Of a stretch of DNA of 64,000 bases, positions 28,818 to 38,934 are shown piece by piece. The position numbers and the translations under genes were made by a program. The notes under the pieces are model-generated. The model had not been told where the DNA came from. It made no database searches and saw only the letters and a program-made list of their open reading frames with translations. Location: NCBI GenBank assembly GCA_023379805.1, contig JAMCPI010000016.1, positions 8,514 to 72,513 of the forward strand, written 5' to 3'. Position 1 is the first letter of the stretch; each line of letters starts with the position of its first letter. Origin of the DNA: Nitrososphaerota archaeon. Lineage in GTDB: Archaea > Thermoproteota > Nitrososphaeria > Nitrososphaerales > JACPRH01.

Positions 28818-29048
28818 CTACTTCAAGAACGCGTAGATTAGGAATGCAAGACTAATGATAATCAGTATGGGGCTGGTCATGAACACGAAGCCGTCCTGCC
28901 TGTACACATAGAGAATTATCCAAGGCACGCGACCCAGTATATTCTGCATATTCAGGGATCTGGCGAGAAGAGGCAGCATCACCAGTATAATGCCTAACAG
29001 TATGAGCATAATGCCCAGTGCAGTGAATACGCCTCCTTCCTGAGCCAC
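28818..29048 (-). CDS. hypothetical small membrane protein (2 TM)
   Basis: 76 aa with two clear hydrophobic helices. Confidence 0.4.
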   Translation of the reverse strand: MAQEGGVFTALGIMLILLGIILVMLPLLARSLNMQNILGRVPWIILYVYRQDGFVFMTSPILIIISLAFLIYAFLK

Positions 29049-29110
29049 CTTCTAGGCGAACCTCCCCACACTATTTTCCGGCACAAATAGAATTAAGCTT
29101 AACTGGTCAG

Positions 29111-29599
29111 CTAATAGATAGACGGTTGGCTTGAGAAGTCTTGCGATGCTGCCTCTTCATCTATTATTTCTTCGAGCTTCTGGAAGTAGAGTCGAGTAGC
29201 CATCGGCATATCAGGAAGGTTTCGGTTAATCGCCTCTATAACATGTTTGACTGCTCTTCGGCTTGACTTCAACTGAAACTTCATTGGGAGAACCGGATCC
29301 TGAACCACTTGAATACTGTCACGAAGCTTCTCAGGACAGGCCTCCTTAGCCTCCGCCTCGATAATCTTGTACCAGTTACCGATGATATTCGGGTCCAGCC
29401 CCAGCTTAGCGTCCTGAATAATCTCCGATAGCCTATCTAAAACCTTAGATGAGATATCATTTTCCATCCCTTCAAAACCCTGAGTAGCGTATTGCTGCAA
29501 GCTACTTCTTAAAACTCTAGGTCGAAAGATCTTCACACTATTCTGTATCATCTTCACGCAGCTTCTCAGTTCATCTGATAACTCAACGTAAAACCTCAC
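29111..29599 (-). CDS. hypothetical protein
   Basis: 162 aa ORF that looks helical. No motif recognised. Confidence 0.45.
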   Translation of the reverse strand: MRFYVELSDELRSCVKMIQNSVKIFRPRVLRSSLQQYATQGFEGMENDISSKVLDRLSEIIQDAKLGLDPNIIGNWYKIIEAEAKEACPEKLRDSIQVVQDPVLPMKFQLKSSRRAVKHVIEAINRNLPDMPMATRLYFQKLEEIIDEEAASQDFSSQPSIY

Positions 29600-30216
29600 T
29601 TAGCGTTGGAAGGACAAACACCAGCTCAAGCCACAGGAATAGACGTTAACGGCAAAAACAAGTGGTTAGAGTTACTTGAGAAAAGCCTCAACAATAATTA
29701 AATGGCCCCATCTTTACGATACAGCTTGAGAGCAAATGAAGCTAAAACTGACAATATTTTTTTGTGGCTAGCCTTATTCTTATCATAGAAGGATTAAATC
29801 TAATAAATGATTCTGAGTTTCTCCGTCATTATCAAAATGGGGAAGTAATTTGCCCCGGCTTTTTTTACCTCACAATGCAAATACTATCCATACGAATACC
29901 CAATCAAAAGAGCGGAGTACTGGATAGGTCTATACGCGTCTATAACCAGTCTTATTCCTCTAGGTATTGGAGCTTTCATGCTATACAAGAGTCGTTCTAC
30001 TAGCCATCACCCGAAATGAAGCGCCCTAATGGATCACCCGAAGATGAAGCAATACCCTTGACAATTGTTAAAAACTTAAATAGCCTCGAATGAACAGAAT
30101 AGACTGCAAATGCGTGTAGATCTGCAAAAAGACTTCGTTAACGACGATCTAGAACACGGCTTCCTCTGCACATCTTCTTGTCTTATCTTCGGTCTATCTG
30201 ATACCGTGAGGTTGAA

Positions 30217-30528
30217 TTGATGGCCGAGATTTGCACTAACTGTGGACTTCCCATGGATCTCTGTGTCTGCGAGGAGCTGGAAAAGGAGGAGACGAGGATA
30301 GTTGTTCGTCTCGAAATGAGGCGTTTCAAAAAACCTACTACGATGATCGAGGGACTGAACCCCAAACGAACCGATCTAGACCGGATTGCTCAACGTCTCA
30401 AGAGCCGATTCGCCTGCGGCGGTACTGCAAAGAACGGGTACATTCTGCTTCAAGGCGATCACCGCGATACGATACGTGATGAGCTTGTCAGGCTCGGTTT
30501 CAACGATACATCCATCGAGGTTCAGTAG
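30217..30528 (+). CDS. sui1: translation initiation factor aSUI1 (eIF1 homolog)
   Basis: 103 aa. N-terminal CTNCGLPMDLCVC, then RRFKKPTTMIEGL...LKSRFACGGTAKNGYILLQGDHRD is the classic SUI1 block. Confidence 0.9.
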   Translation: MMAEICTNCGLPMDLCVCEELEKEETRIVVRLEMRRFKKPTTMIEGLNPKRTDLDRIAQRLKSRFACGGTAKNGYILLQGDHRDTIRDELVRLGFNDTSIEVQ

Positions 30529-30536
30529 GCTGAGTT

Positions 30537-30731
30537 ATGCCTTCTTCGGACGGGGAGGAATCTCCCCCTCGGGTCAGCATTCATTGGCGGCTTTCAAAGA
30601 AGAAGAAAATCTGCCCTAAATGCCTCAACGAGCTGAAGGTGGCTTCATCACTGGGCGGGTGGCTTCTTCCACAGGAGTACGTCTGTGGATCCTGCGGCTA
30701 CCGAGGCTCAGTCGCTTTGGAGCGAGATTAA
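30537..30731 (+). CDS. possible zinc-ribbon miniprotein
   Basis: 64 aa. CPKC...(21 aa)...CGSCG, a four-Cys ribbon arrangement. Confidence 0.4.
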   Translation: MPSSDGEESPPRVSIHWRLSKKKKICPKCLNELKVASSLGGWLLPQEYVCGSCGYRGSVALERD

Positions 30732-30803
30732 CAGCTGAGATTTTAAGCTGGCCGATCCTAGTACTGATAGACAAACAGGTAGGAAGGTAGGTGTATCTGA
30801 AGC

Positions 30804-31862
30804 ATGTCGAACGGCAGTAGAAGTAGTAGTGGCAGCAGTAACAATGCGCCTTTAGAGGCAACCGCCACTTACGCCTATGCTTTCTCTGCACTTTGTGTCG
30901 CAATGATCGGCGCGATGTTTCTGGCTTTTATGATTGGAGGGTACACCGTCTTTAACAGCGGATTAGGAAGCCGGGAGGCCGCGAACCCGGTTACGTTCGT
31001 CCCGATCTTCATCTTCGGAGCTCCCCTCCCATTTTTCTCCTCAATCAGCTTGGCGGATATCTTCGCGGGACTCTGGGCTATTTACATCATACTCTTCACA
31101 ATTGTCCTGAATGGTCCTAAGCAGTCCTTTGTAGGCGTAATCAGGAAGATTAAGGCAACAAGTACTTTCTCGTTCTACGACAACAGTGCACTGGTTGTTA
31201 TCACCTCCTTCTCAGTGCTCATGGTTGCTTTCTTAGCGATAGACTTTCTGCAGGGACTAATAGGCGTCCCTACTGGTACAATTCCTGAGAACCCGCCCAT
31301 CAGATCCTTTACACTGATGTCTTGGGCTCCTATCTCCGAGGAGATTGGTTTCCGAGTTACCCTGATTGGAGGGGTCGCTCTGATAGTGCTGCTAAGCCAA
31401 GGCCGTGGCCTTAAATCTCTGAAGGTGCTCTGGCATCCTTCGCGAGCCTTCGAAGAGTTCGGTTTACGCCGAGTCGATTACATATCGGTGATCTACTTCG
31501 CCATTGTGGTCTCAAGCCTATTCTTTGGTGCTGCTCACATAATATACAATTCATCATGGGAAATAGGAAAGGTACCTACCGCGGCTATCGCCGGCTTCGT
31601 AATCGGATGGGTTTACTTCAAGAACGGCTTCCCAGCGTCTGTTCTTCTTCACTGGTCCTTCAACTTTCTCAGCGGCTCATACGTCTACTTCTCCTGCGCA
31701 CTGTCCAGCGCAGCAGGTCGATGTGAAGACGTAGCCCAGAACAGCCTACTAGTCAACTCCTTCGAAGCGCTAATCGTCACCACCGGCATACTCGGTATCG
31801 GTATGCTCATGCTTAACCTAGTAGTTAAGCGACGCTGGAAACAGATAGATGTCACAGTTTAG
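30804..31862 (+). CDS. CPBP-family intramembrane glutamic endopeptidase (CAAX protease/Abi type)
   Basis: 352 aa and polytopic. Motif 1 SEEIGFR (EExxxR), motif 2 FFGAAHI (FxxxH), motif 3 HWSFN. Confidence 0.75.
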   Translation: MSNGSRSSSGSSNNAPLEATATYAYAFSALCVAMIGAMFLAFMIGGYTVFNSGLGSREAANPVTFVPIFIFGAPLPFFSSISLADIFAGLWAIYIILFTIVLNGPKQSFVGVIRKIKATSTFSFYDNSALVVITSFSVLMVAFLAIDFLQGLIGVPTGTIPENPPIRSFTLMSWAPISEEIGFRVTLIGGVALIVLLSQGRGLKSLKVLWHPSRAFEEFGLRRVDYISVIYFAIVVSSLFFGAAHIIYNSSWEIGKVPTAAIAGFVIGWVYFKNGFPASVLLHWSFNFLSGSYVYFSCALSSAAGRCEDVAQNSLLVNSFEALIVTTGILGIGMLMLNLVVKRRWKQIDVTV

Positions 31863-32028
31863 AAACAAGCTACTATCCAAGACTACCCCACTAAGCTCTC
31901 TACCTGAACCTACAAAGGCGAGTTTGTCACATATCGAACGAAAGTTAACGGTGCCTCGGTCTGGATGCGAAGAAATTTTAAAGGACAGCTCTTTCTTGTT
32001 AATTCATAGATGAAGGTAAACCAAATAC

Positions 32029-34149
32029 ATGGCTTACGATAAACCGCCAAAGATTCGAAAACGTGATGGCCGAGTTGTTACGTTTGAGCCTGAGAAAATT
32101 GCTAACGCGATCTACAAGGCCATGCAAAGCGTAGGTCAGGGAAGCCAAAAAGATGCTGAGCGGCTAGCGAAGAAAGTCACTCAATCGGTCGCGGCGGAGT
32201 TCAAGCAATCAATACCATCAGTCGAAGACGTTCAGGACCATGTAGAAGAAACATTAATCGAAGAAGGATTCGACAAGACCGCCAAATCATACATACTGTA
32301 TCGTAGACGAAGAACCGAGATACGTGAAGCAAAACGGTTTTTCGGCGTCACCGACGACCTAAAGCTAACTGTAAACGCAGCCAGCGTTTTGGAGAAACGC
32401 TACCTCCTCAAAGACGAGCTTGGAAACGTGATTGAAACTCCGAAGGAAATGTGCCGTAGAGTCGCAAAATCGGTAGCGGCCGCCGAAGCAAAGTACGACA
32501 GCAAAGCCGTAGCCACGACCGAGGAGTCCTTTTATAGAATCATCGCGAACCTAGAGTTCATCCCAAACTCTCCGACACTTATGAATGCAGGAACACCCGT
32601 AGGACAGCTCGCCGCCTGCTTCGTTCTCCCAGTTGGAGACTCGATAAAACAGATTTTTGACGCAGTAAAATACATGGCTATTATTCACCAGACCGGCGGA
32701 GGAACAGGCTTCTCATTCTCACACCTCCGACCCAGAGGCGACGTAGTGAAGACAACTCACGGCATAGCCTCAGGGCCAGTCTCCTTCATGCGTGTCTTCG
32801 ACACCGCCTCAGACGTCATCAAGCAAGGCGGCCGGCGGAGAGGCGCAAATATGGGTATACTTAGCGCAGATCATCCTGATATCCTCGAGTTCATACGGTC
32901 AAAGTCGAGAGAAAATTTTCTCTCCAACTTCAACATCTCAGTCTCGGTGACAGACGAGTTTATGCGCAGAGCAGAACTGCAGGAACCTTACGATTTAATC
33001 AACCCGCGAAGCGGCGAAACGATCAGTAGCCTATTTGCTAGAGATGTTCTGAACCTGATGGTGACAATGGCTTGGTCAACAGGAGACCCCGGTGCAGTAT
33101 TCATCGACGAGATTAACCGACATAACCCCACACCTAAGCTCGGAGCAATCGAGAGCACTAACCCCTGTGGAGAGCAGCCGCTTCTACCGTATGAGTCCTG
33201 TAACCTAGGCTCGATCAACCTTGCACGTCTTGTCTCAGACGGTGAGCTAAGCTGGGACAGACTGCGCGAAATAGTCAGCGTCGCGGTGCACTTCCTAGAT
33301 AACGTGATAGATGTTAGCAACTACCCGCTTACACAAATTGCTGAGGTGACTAGGGGGAACAGAAAGATCGGTTTAGGAGTGATGGGCTTTGCAGAGATGC
33401 TGATTCAAATGGGGATACCGTACGACACAGACGATGCGTTGCAGATGGGTGAAAAGGTGATGGCCTTCATCACGGAAGAGGCTCGTAAGAAGTCTGTTGA
33501 GCTAGGTGAGATGCGGGGATCATTCCTCAACTTCGAGGAAAGCACCTGGCGAGCACAAGGCTTCAAGCATCTGAGAAACGCTACAGTCACAACAGTAGCT
33601 CCCACAGGCACAATCTCCATCATCGCGGGCTGCTCAAGCGGAATTGAGCCGCTCTTCGCAGTCTCATTCATCAGAAATGTTCTCGAAGGCACCCGTTTAG
33701 TTGAGTCAAACCCTGTATTCGAGAAAGTTGCGAAGGAACGGAGCTTCTATAGTCAAGACCTCATGATGGAGATAGCTAGAAAAGGCTCAATCCAAACCAT
33801 AGAGGGTATACCTGCTGACGTGAAGAGGCTATTCGTAACCGCTATGGACATTGCTCCTGAGTGGCACGTCAAAATGCAGGCCGCCTTCCAGAAGCATGTG
33901 GATAACGCCGTCTCAAAAACCGTCAATCTGCCTCACAACGCCGCGATAGAAGAGGTGAGCGACATCTATCGACTGGCACACCGGTTAAAATGCAAAGGCA
34001 TAACCATCTACAGATACGGCAGCAAACCCGAGCAGGTGCTTTACATCGGCAGCGAAATAGGTCGACAGCAAGGTGAAACTCGCGAATATGTCGGTGCTCA
34101 AGCCGAATATGCGGGCGGCTGCCCTACACCGGGCTGCGATAGCTACTGA
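32029..34149 (+). CDS. nrdJ: adenosylcobalamin-dependent (class II) ribonucleotide reductase with an N-terminal ATP-cone
   Basis: 706 aa. ATP-cone KIRKRDGRVVTFEPEKIANAI, active-site TNPCGEQPL, CNLGSINL, and C-terminal Cys residues. Confidence 0.9.
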   Translation: MAYDKPPKIRKRDGRVVTFEPEKIANAIYKAMQSVGQGSQKDAERLAKKVTQSVAAEFKQSIPSVEDVQDHVEETLIEEGFDKTAKSYILYRRRRTEIREAKRFFGVTDDLKLTVNAASVLEKRYLLKDELGNVIETPKEMCRRVAKSVAAAEAKYDSKAVATTEESFYRIIANLEFIPNSPTLMNAGTPVGQLAACFVLPVGDSIKQIFDAVKYMAIIHQTGGGTGFSFSHLRPRGDVVKTTHGIASGPVSFMRVFDTASDVIKQGGRRRGANMGILSADHPDILEFIRSKSRENFLSNFNISVSVTDEFMRRAELQEPYDLINPRSGETISSLFARDVLNLMVTMAWSTGDPGAVFIDEINRHNPTPKLGAIESTNPCGEQPLLPYESCNLGSINLARLVSDGELSWDRLREIVSVAVHFLDNVIDVSNYPLTQIAEVTRGNRKIGLGVMGFAEMLIQMGIPYDTDDALQMGEKVMAFITEEARKKSVELGEMRGSFLNFEESTWRAQGFKHLRNATVTTVAPTGTISIIAGCSSGIEPLFAVSFIRNVLEGTRLVESNPVFEKVAKERSFYSQDLMMEIARKGSIQTIEGIPADVKRLFVTAMDIAPEWHVKMQAAFQKHVDNAVSKTVNLPHNAAIEEVSDIYRLAHRLKCKGITIYRYGSKPEQVLYIGSEIGRQQGETREYVGAQAEYAGGCPTPGCDSY

Positions 34150-34173
34150 TATCTGCATCCTCTTCACCAGCAG

Positions 34174-34584
34174 TTGACGTTGAAACCATCTGAACTGGTC
34201 AGTGCACCACGCGGCCTGCTAAAGGTCTTCATCATCGACCTAGCTTCAAAGTACCCTGTAAGCGGGATAGAGGTAACCGAGCAGGTTGGAGCGCTAAGTA
34301 AAGGTGTCTGGAAGCCAAGCCCAGGATCAATCTACTACATCTTGAAGGAACTTGTGTCGAAGAAGCGGCTTTCAGAAATATACACGCCTGACAAAGGCGT
34401 AAAGAAGTACGTCGCCACAGAGAAAGGCTTAGAGGACTTAAGGCTCTTCCGCAGCTTCGGCAACGAGATCCTGCAGAAACAGGCTGCGTTTATGTCACTT
34501 ACCTCTCAACTCATTCAAGACGAGGCGGCAACAAAAGCTTTGAACATCTACATCTCAGAGCTTAAAAAATCGGAGAAACCTTAA
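34174..34584 (+). CDS. PadR-family transcriptional regulator
   Basis: 136 aa. VSGIEVTEQVGALSKGVWKPSPGSIYYILKELVSKKRL is a PadR wHTH pattern. Confidence 0.7.
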   Translation: MTLKPSELVSAPRGLLKVFIIDLASKYPVSGIEVTEQVGALSKGVWKPSPGSIYYILKELVSKKRLSEIYTPDKGVKKYVATEKGLEDLRLFRSFGNEILQKQAAFMSLTSQLIQDEAATKALNIYISELKKSEKP

Positions 34585-34702
34585 ACAGGCTCGCCCAGCC
34601 TCGCTTTGACTAGCTGAGTCAAGAGTCGGTTGAAACAGCAGTTCCGCCTAATTTCTACTGGTTCCTTTAATACCGCTTGACTCTATGTATCTACCTAGTT
34701 AG

Positions 34703-35716
34703 GTGATTGAACTGGAAGACAGAGTCGCGCTGTTAACAATCGTTCTAGCTGCAATACTGGCTGCAGGGATAACCGCGCTAGTTCAACCCGGAATCACTCA
34801 AAACTTAATCGCATCAACTGGGCGACCAACATCTACATCCACGGTAACATCAACCACAGTTTCAACAACAATCATATTGACCTCGACAAAAGTAACAAAT
34901 ACTGAGACAATTACAACAGCCACCACAAGCACAAGCACAGTCACAGCGACAGCAACTGTTACAGTCACCTCAACTGTAACGACCACTGTCACAGCAACAG
35001 CCACAACCACGACTACGAAAACTACTGTAGGCGCGCCCGGTGGAAACGCTTCGGCTACACCGCAGATCGCATCAATAGATCTGATCTCTATTCAGAACGG
35101 TAGAGCCGCAGCTTGGAGCAAAACCACCCTCTCAATATTAATCACAACCAACAGTGTAGCCACGTCAGCCCCAGACGTTCAGGCTGTCAACGCAGCAGGC
35201 GGAGCCATCAATCAATGGCGAAGCGCCATCGCGCAGTTCACGAAAAACTACACGCAGTACGCCTATCTCAACAAGTTAACATTCAAGATTTACGTTCAAG
35301 GAGTAAACGACACAGCCCTGAAAAGCAAACCCGATATCAGGATACTATTCACCGACACATTACCTTCACTCCTCGGTGACACCCAACTGCTAATAATGAA
35401 CACACCTCTAATCGGCAGCGTTAACGCAACAGTCGCCGTGCAGGGGCTCAATACACAAGGCGTACAAAACGTATTAGTCCACGAATTCGGACACGCCCTC
35501 GGACTCAACCACACCAGCATCAACATCGATGCGATGTACGGTGAACGAGAGAAAACAGCGGTAAGCGGAGAAAAACTCTGCCCCTCCACCCTAGACCTCT
35601 ACGCACTAGCATCAATCTACCAGTGGATCCCCAAGGTAATCTACACCCCATACAGCGGTACCTCTGTCACCTTACCGCAAACTATTACCTACCAAACCAT
35701 ATCATGCGGCAAATAA
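34703..35716 (+). CDS. membrane-anchored matrixin-like (metzincin) zinc metalloprotease with a Thr/Ser/Val-rich linker
   Basis: 337 aa. N-terminal TM (LLTIVLAAILAAGITALV), about 90 aa of T/S/V low complexity, and the metzincin motif VHEFGHALGLNHTS (HExxHxxGxxH). Confidence 0.75.
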   Translation: MIELEDRVALLTIVLAAILAAGITALVQPGITQNLIASTGRPTSTSTVTSTTVSTTIILTSTKVTNTETITTATTSTSTVTATATVTVTSTVTTTVTATATTTTTKTTVGAPGGNASATPQIASIDLISIQNGRAAAWSKTTLSILITTNSVATSAPDVQAVNAAGGAINQWRSAIAQFTKNYTQYAYLNKLTFKIYVQGVNDTALKSKPDIRILFTDTLPSLLGDTQLLIMNTPLIGSVNATVAVQGLNTQGVQNVLVHEFGHALGLNHTSINIDAMYGEREKTAVSGEKLCPSTLDLYALASIYQWIPKVIYTPYSGTSVTLPQTITYQTISCGK

Positions 35717-35831
35717 GCAATAATCCCAAGAAATAGGCCTCACCACTATTGCAGTGACGCTTCCTGAATGCTACCCGCACTGATTCTGCAAACGTAGTAC
35801 GGCACCAACAGGTGTACGATATATTACAATG

Positions 35832-36011
35832 AACCAAAACAATCTTTGAGTTTCGAAAATGTGGCGTTAATAACTATCTATGGATGCCTGAAGATGCTGT
35901 ATCAGGTATCCATCCTCCCTTTTTTCTAATTTAACATCATAATAGTTAGTTCAAGGATGATGGAACTTGCCTTTACATAACGAGTTTAGGAAATTTCATG
36001 GGCTCAACTGT
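35832..36011 (+). repeat. non-coding repeat family, copy 1 (conserved hairpin plus T-run)
   Basis: aaccaaaacaatctttgagtttcgaaaatgtggcgttaataac..., then hairpin 35882-35891/35902-35911 (ggatgcctga/tcaggtatcc), a T-run, then ...gagtttaggaaatttcatgggctcaac. Aligns with 39004-39138. Confidence 0.8.
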
Positions 36012-36056
36012 TCATAAGATCCTCTAGTTTTTCAGTACATGGATGGACCGAGCCTG

Positions 36057-36845
36057 TTACAAGTTATCGACTACCATGTTCGGTTCAAAATCAAAGCCTG
36101 CTGCCATCAGGTCGCTTATGAATTTTGGTAAATCCTTGAACTGTAAGAAATAGTTACTTTGTAGATGAGGTGAGCTTTCTTCATGTTTAACTGCAATAGA
36201 AATATCCGCAGCTTCAAAGGCGGAATTATCCATTTCCGAATCACCTAGATACATTACTAGTTCATCATCACCTATCTTTAGCTCCTTCTTCAGCTTTGCA
36301 AAGGACTCACCCTTGTTAATTTCGACTGCATAGATGTCTACAAACGGATCGTATTTCGATTCAACCACATACAACCCCGCCTCACTGCATTGTTTAGTGA
36401 TAGTTTCAATTTTCGATACAGCACTACTTTTATTATGCGCCATTCTCCAATCAATACAAAATGCGGCCAGCAGTCCACCACTCGTAGTCTTTCTCTCAAA
36501 GAACACCTCTGTTTCACTACGCATACTTACCGGCATCATCTTCGACAACGCGGCTTCGTACGCCTTTTCGATTACCCTTGTGCGTTCTTTGATTCTATCA
36601 TCTACAACAATTATGCCTTCACTTAGCTGTATCTCTAACCCGCCTATTGCGGAAATCGCTCTGGCAAATGGAACTCGCTTCTTGATAAACTTAAGATCTT
36701 TCGTGGTGATGATTGCAACAGGGATTTTCTGACTGACAAAAGTAAGGATGCGCATCATCTTAGGTGGGATGAACGCTTTTTCTCTAGGCACATGCATTGG
36801 GCTAAGTGTTCCATCATAATCAGAGAATAGCGCACCTATCTTCAA
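36057..36845 (-). CDS. HAD-IIB sugar-phosphate phosphatase (trehalose-phosphatase-like)
   Basis: 262 aa. N-terminal ALFSDYDGTLSP (DxDGTL nucleophile motif) and C-terminal LGDSEMDNSAF (HAD motif IV). Confidence 0.7.
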   Translation of the reverse strand: MKIGALFSDYDGTLSPMHVPREKAFIPPKMMRILTFVSQKIPVAIITTKDLKFIKKRVPFARAISAIGGLEIQLSEGIIVVDDRIKERTRVIEKAYEAALSKMMPVSMRSETEVFFERKTTSGGLLAAFCIDWRMAHNKSSAVSKIETITKQCSEAGLYVVESKYDPFVDIYAVEINKGESFAKLKKELKIGDDELVMYLGDSEMDNSAFEAADISIAVKHEESSPHLQSNYFLQFKDLPKFISDLMAAGFDFEPNMVVDNL

Positions 36846-36919
36846 TCAAAGTCGCCTGTTTTTTCAAATAATCTTAAGGAAGAAATAAATATACCGGCTA
36901 CTATTTCGGGAATAGAAAA

Positions 36920-38758
36920 ATGCGCCTGCACAAGCGAATAGGCATTATAATGTACCAAACAAGTTTCAGCAAAGGCCAAGAGCTTGTGGCGCAGAGAATG
37001 GTGGCGAATTTTATCAAGCACGGTCACGACGCCTTTCTCATCACCAGCAATTACCATGACGGGAAAGAAGTTTTCCCCACCGGCTCCATACCTCCAGAGA
37101 AAAGCTATGTTTATGCGCAAGACACGGAGCTCGGCATCCCAGTTATAAGGGTAGACAGCTCAACATCTAAATGGCCTCCGCGAAGAATCTCATTCAAAGA
37201 CTTCGTTCACACCTTGGAGAAAATCGTAAACGACTTCCACCTTAACGTTTTGATAACACACAGCACTTTGTGGAACGGGCCTGAGGAGACCGCAAAATTC
37301 GTAGAGTGGAGACGTCACATCAGATCTCTGGGCGGCTACAAGGATCCTTTAGTGTTCTGCCAGATGTCTCATTATATGGAGGCTTCACCGAAGAGATACT
37401 CAATACTTGAACGCTCATTCAGGCTAGCGTGGAATAAATTCTCGTTATCACAGGTGCTCCACGCTGCGAATATTGTCCTTGTCACGACGCCGTTTGAGGG
37501 GGATGCACAGGTGAAGATGGGTGCAAGCCGCGAGAAATGTGTATTATTCCCCGGAGGCATAGACGAAGAATCTTTCGCGAAGTTTGCATCGCTGGGTCCA
37601 GGAGAGATTCGCCAGCGTTTAAACCTGCAGAAGGGCGCTCAGATCGTATCCTATCTTGGTACGATTGAGGACCGCAAAAATCCTAAAGCAGTTCTAGAGG
37701 TCGCTAAGAAGCTGCAGCATCGGAAAGATATTCACTTCGTTATTGCGGGCAGAGGCGACTCCGAGTACGCGGACGAAATAAAGGCGACCGCTGAAACTCT
37801 GCCCAACGTTACCTATCTGGGAGAGCTAAGTGAAAAAGAGAAGATACAGCTAATTAAGGCATCTTACCTCAACATAATCCTGAGCCGCCTAGAGGGAATC
37901 GGGCTTTCCCAACTTGAATTTATGTTTCAAGGCACTCCTGTGATCACTTCGGCAATGGGCGGCCAGTCCTGGCTAATCAGGCACAATCAGGAAGGTATTC
38001 ATGTAAAGGGGCCTGACGATGTAGAAGGAGCTTTGCAGGCCATAGTGGATCTCATGGACAACCCCCGGCAGTGGCTAAGGCTTTCTGCGAATGCTAAGAA
38101 CAGAGTGAAAGAGTTCACCTTTTCAAAAATAATAAGTGACCTGGATCTTGCGATAACAGGAGAACTTGAAAAGGAAAGTGGACTATCGGGCCTTCCCGCA
38201 GAGGTTCGAGATACTTTTACCGAACCTGAGCAGGTTGTAAAGACATGGTCGCATGGTTCCCGGAAGGTTGTGGCCACGAATTACGGGCTGTTCATCCAAC
38301 ATGGCTGGTTGTCAAGAAGGACGCTGGAGCTTCCTTACAAAAGTATTAACTCCATAGAGCACATCAGGCGGTACGCTTGGAAAACTCTTCTCTTTGGTTC
38401 TCTCCTCTCGACATTCCTCTTCGTTGAACCTTATTTACGCCCAATCTTTTCAAGAACTCTCCTATCGAGAATAGGGCAACTGGCCCAGACGGCTTTTCCC
38501 AACATCGCTTTACAATTCGATCTGCCAGACACATTTACAAATAATCTCCCGTTAATCCCTATATCCATAGCAATGGTCGTCTTCACCATTCAAGCTCGTA
38601 AAGGCTTCGCTCTTCACGGTGCGTCAATTAAGCCGGTCTACCTGCCGCGCCCATTTGTAGATATCATAAAATACATCAAGAGCATGGAAAACAATAATGT
38701 TAGCGTCAACATATCGTCCAAGAAAAATGACACTTTGAGTATAGAAAATAACTTTTAG
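36920..38758 (+). CDS. GT4-family (GT-B) glycosyltransferase with a ~200-aa C-terminal membrane-associated extension
   Basis: 612 aa. YLGTIEDRKNP...VIAGRGD...LSRLEGIGLSQLEFMFQGTPVITSAMGG (E-x7-E region) is typical of GT4. The tail has ...YGLFIQHGWLSRRTLELPYKSINSIE (bPH-like) plus two hydrophobic segments. The start may be the internal ATG at 36950. Confidence 0.75.
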   Translation: MRLHKRIGIIMYQTSFSKGQELVAQRMVANFIKHGHDAFLITSNYHDGKEVFPTGSIPPEKSYVYAQDTELGIPVIRVDSSTSKWPPRRISFKDFVHTLEKIVNDFHLNVLITHSTLWNGPEETAKFVEWRRHIRSLGGYKDPLVFCQMSHYMEASPKRYSILERSFRLAWNKFSLSQVLHAANIVLVTTPFEGDAQVKMGASREKCVLFPGGIDEESFAKFASLGPGEIRQRLNLQKGAQIVSYLGTIEDRKNPKAVLEVAKKLQHRKDIHFVIAGRGDSEYADEIKATAETLPNVTYLGELSEKEKIQLIKASYLNIILSRLEGIGLSQLEFMFQGTPVITSAMGGQSWLIRHNQEGIHVKGPDDVEGALQAIVDLMDNPRQWLRLSANAKNRVKEFTFSKIISDLDLAITGELEKESGLSGLPAEVRDTFTEPEQVVKTWSHGSRKVVATNYGLFIQHGWLSRRTLELPYKSINSIEHIRRYAWKTLLFGSLLSTFLFVEPYLRPIFSRTLLSRIGQLAQTAFPNIALQFDLPDTFTNNLPLIPISIAMVVFTIQARKGFALHGASIKPVYLPRPFVDIIKYIKSMENNNVSVNISSKKNDTLSIENNF

Positions 38759-38817
38759 CTCTAAACCATTGCATATCATCAACAGCGACTAATATACGTC
38801 GATCATTGGTTTATCCG

Positions 38818-38934
38818 GTGAAGGTAGCAAGCCAGATTGCAAAGAGCAACGAAGCTGAGTTGACGTTACTGCACGTCTTGGTATTACCATGGGCTGCCTA
38901 TTCTGGAGACGTATCTTATCCTGTTAGGGTTTAG
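38818..38934 (+). pseudogene. possible relic of a universal-stress-protein (UspA-like) gene
   Basis: My own translation gives VKVASQIAKSNEAELTLLHVLVLPWAAYSGDVSYPVRV*. It resembles the ...A..lA...ga.l.llhV region of USPs but lacks the first strand and everything after about residue 40. Confidence 0.3.

Noticed and set aside
29764-30003. 79-aa ORF upstream of SUI1
   Set aside because: GTG start in an AT-rich intergenic region, with no supporting motif or ribosome-binding context.
34798-35010. Val-rich antisense ORFs opposite Thr-rich linkers (also 39631..40086 and 42111..42413)
   Set aside because: These are reverse complements of ACN-rich Thr codons (GTN = Val). They lie inside well-supported genes on the other strand.
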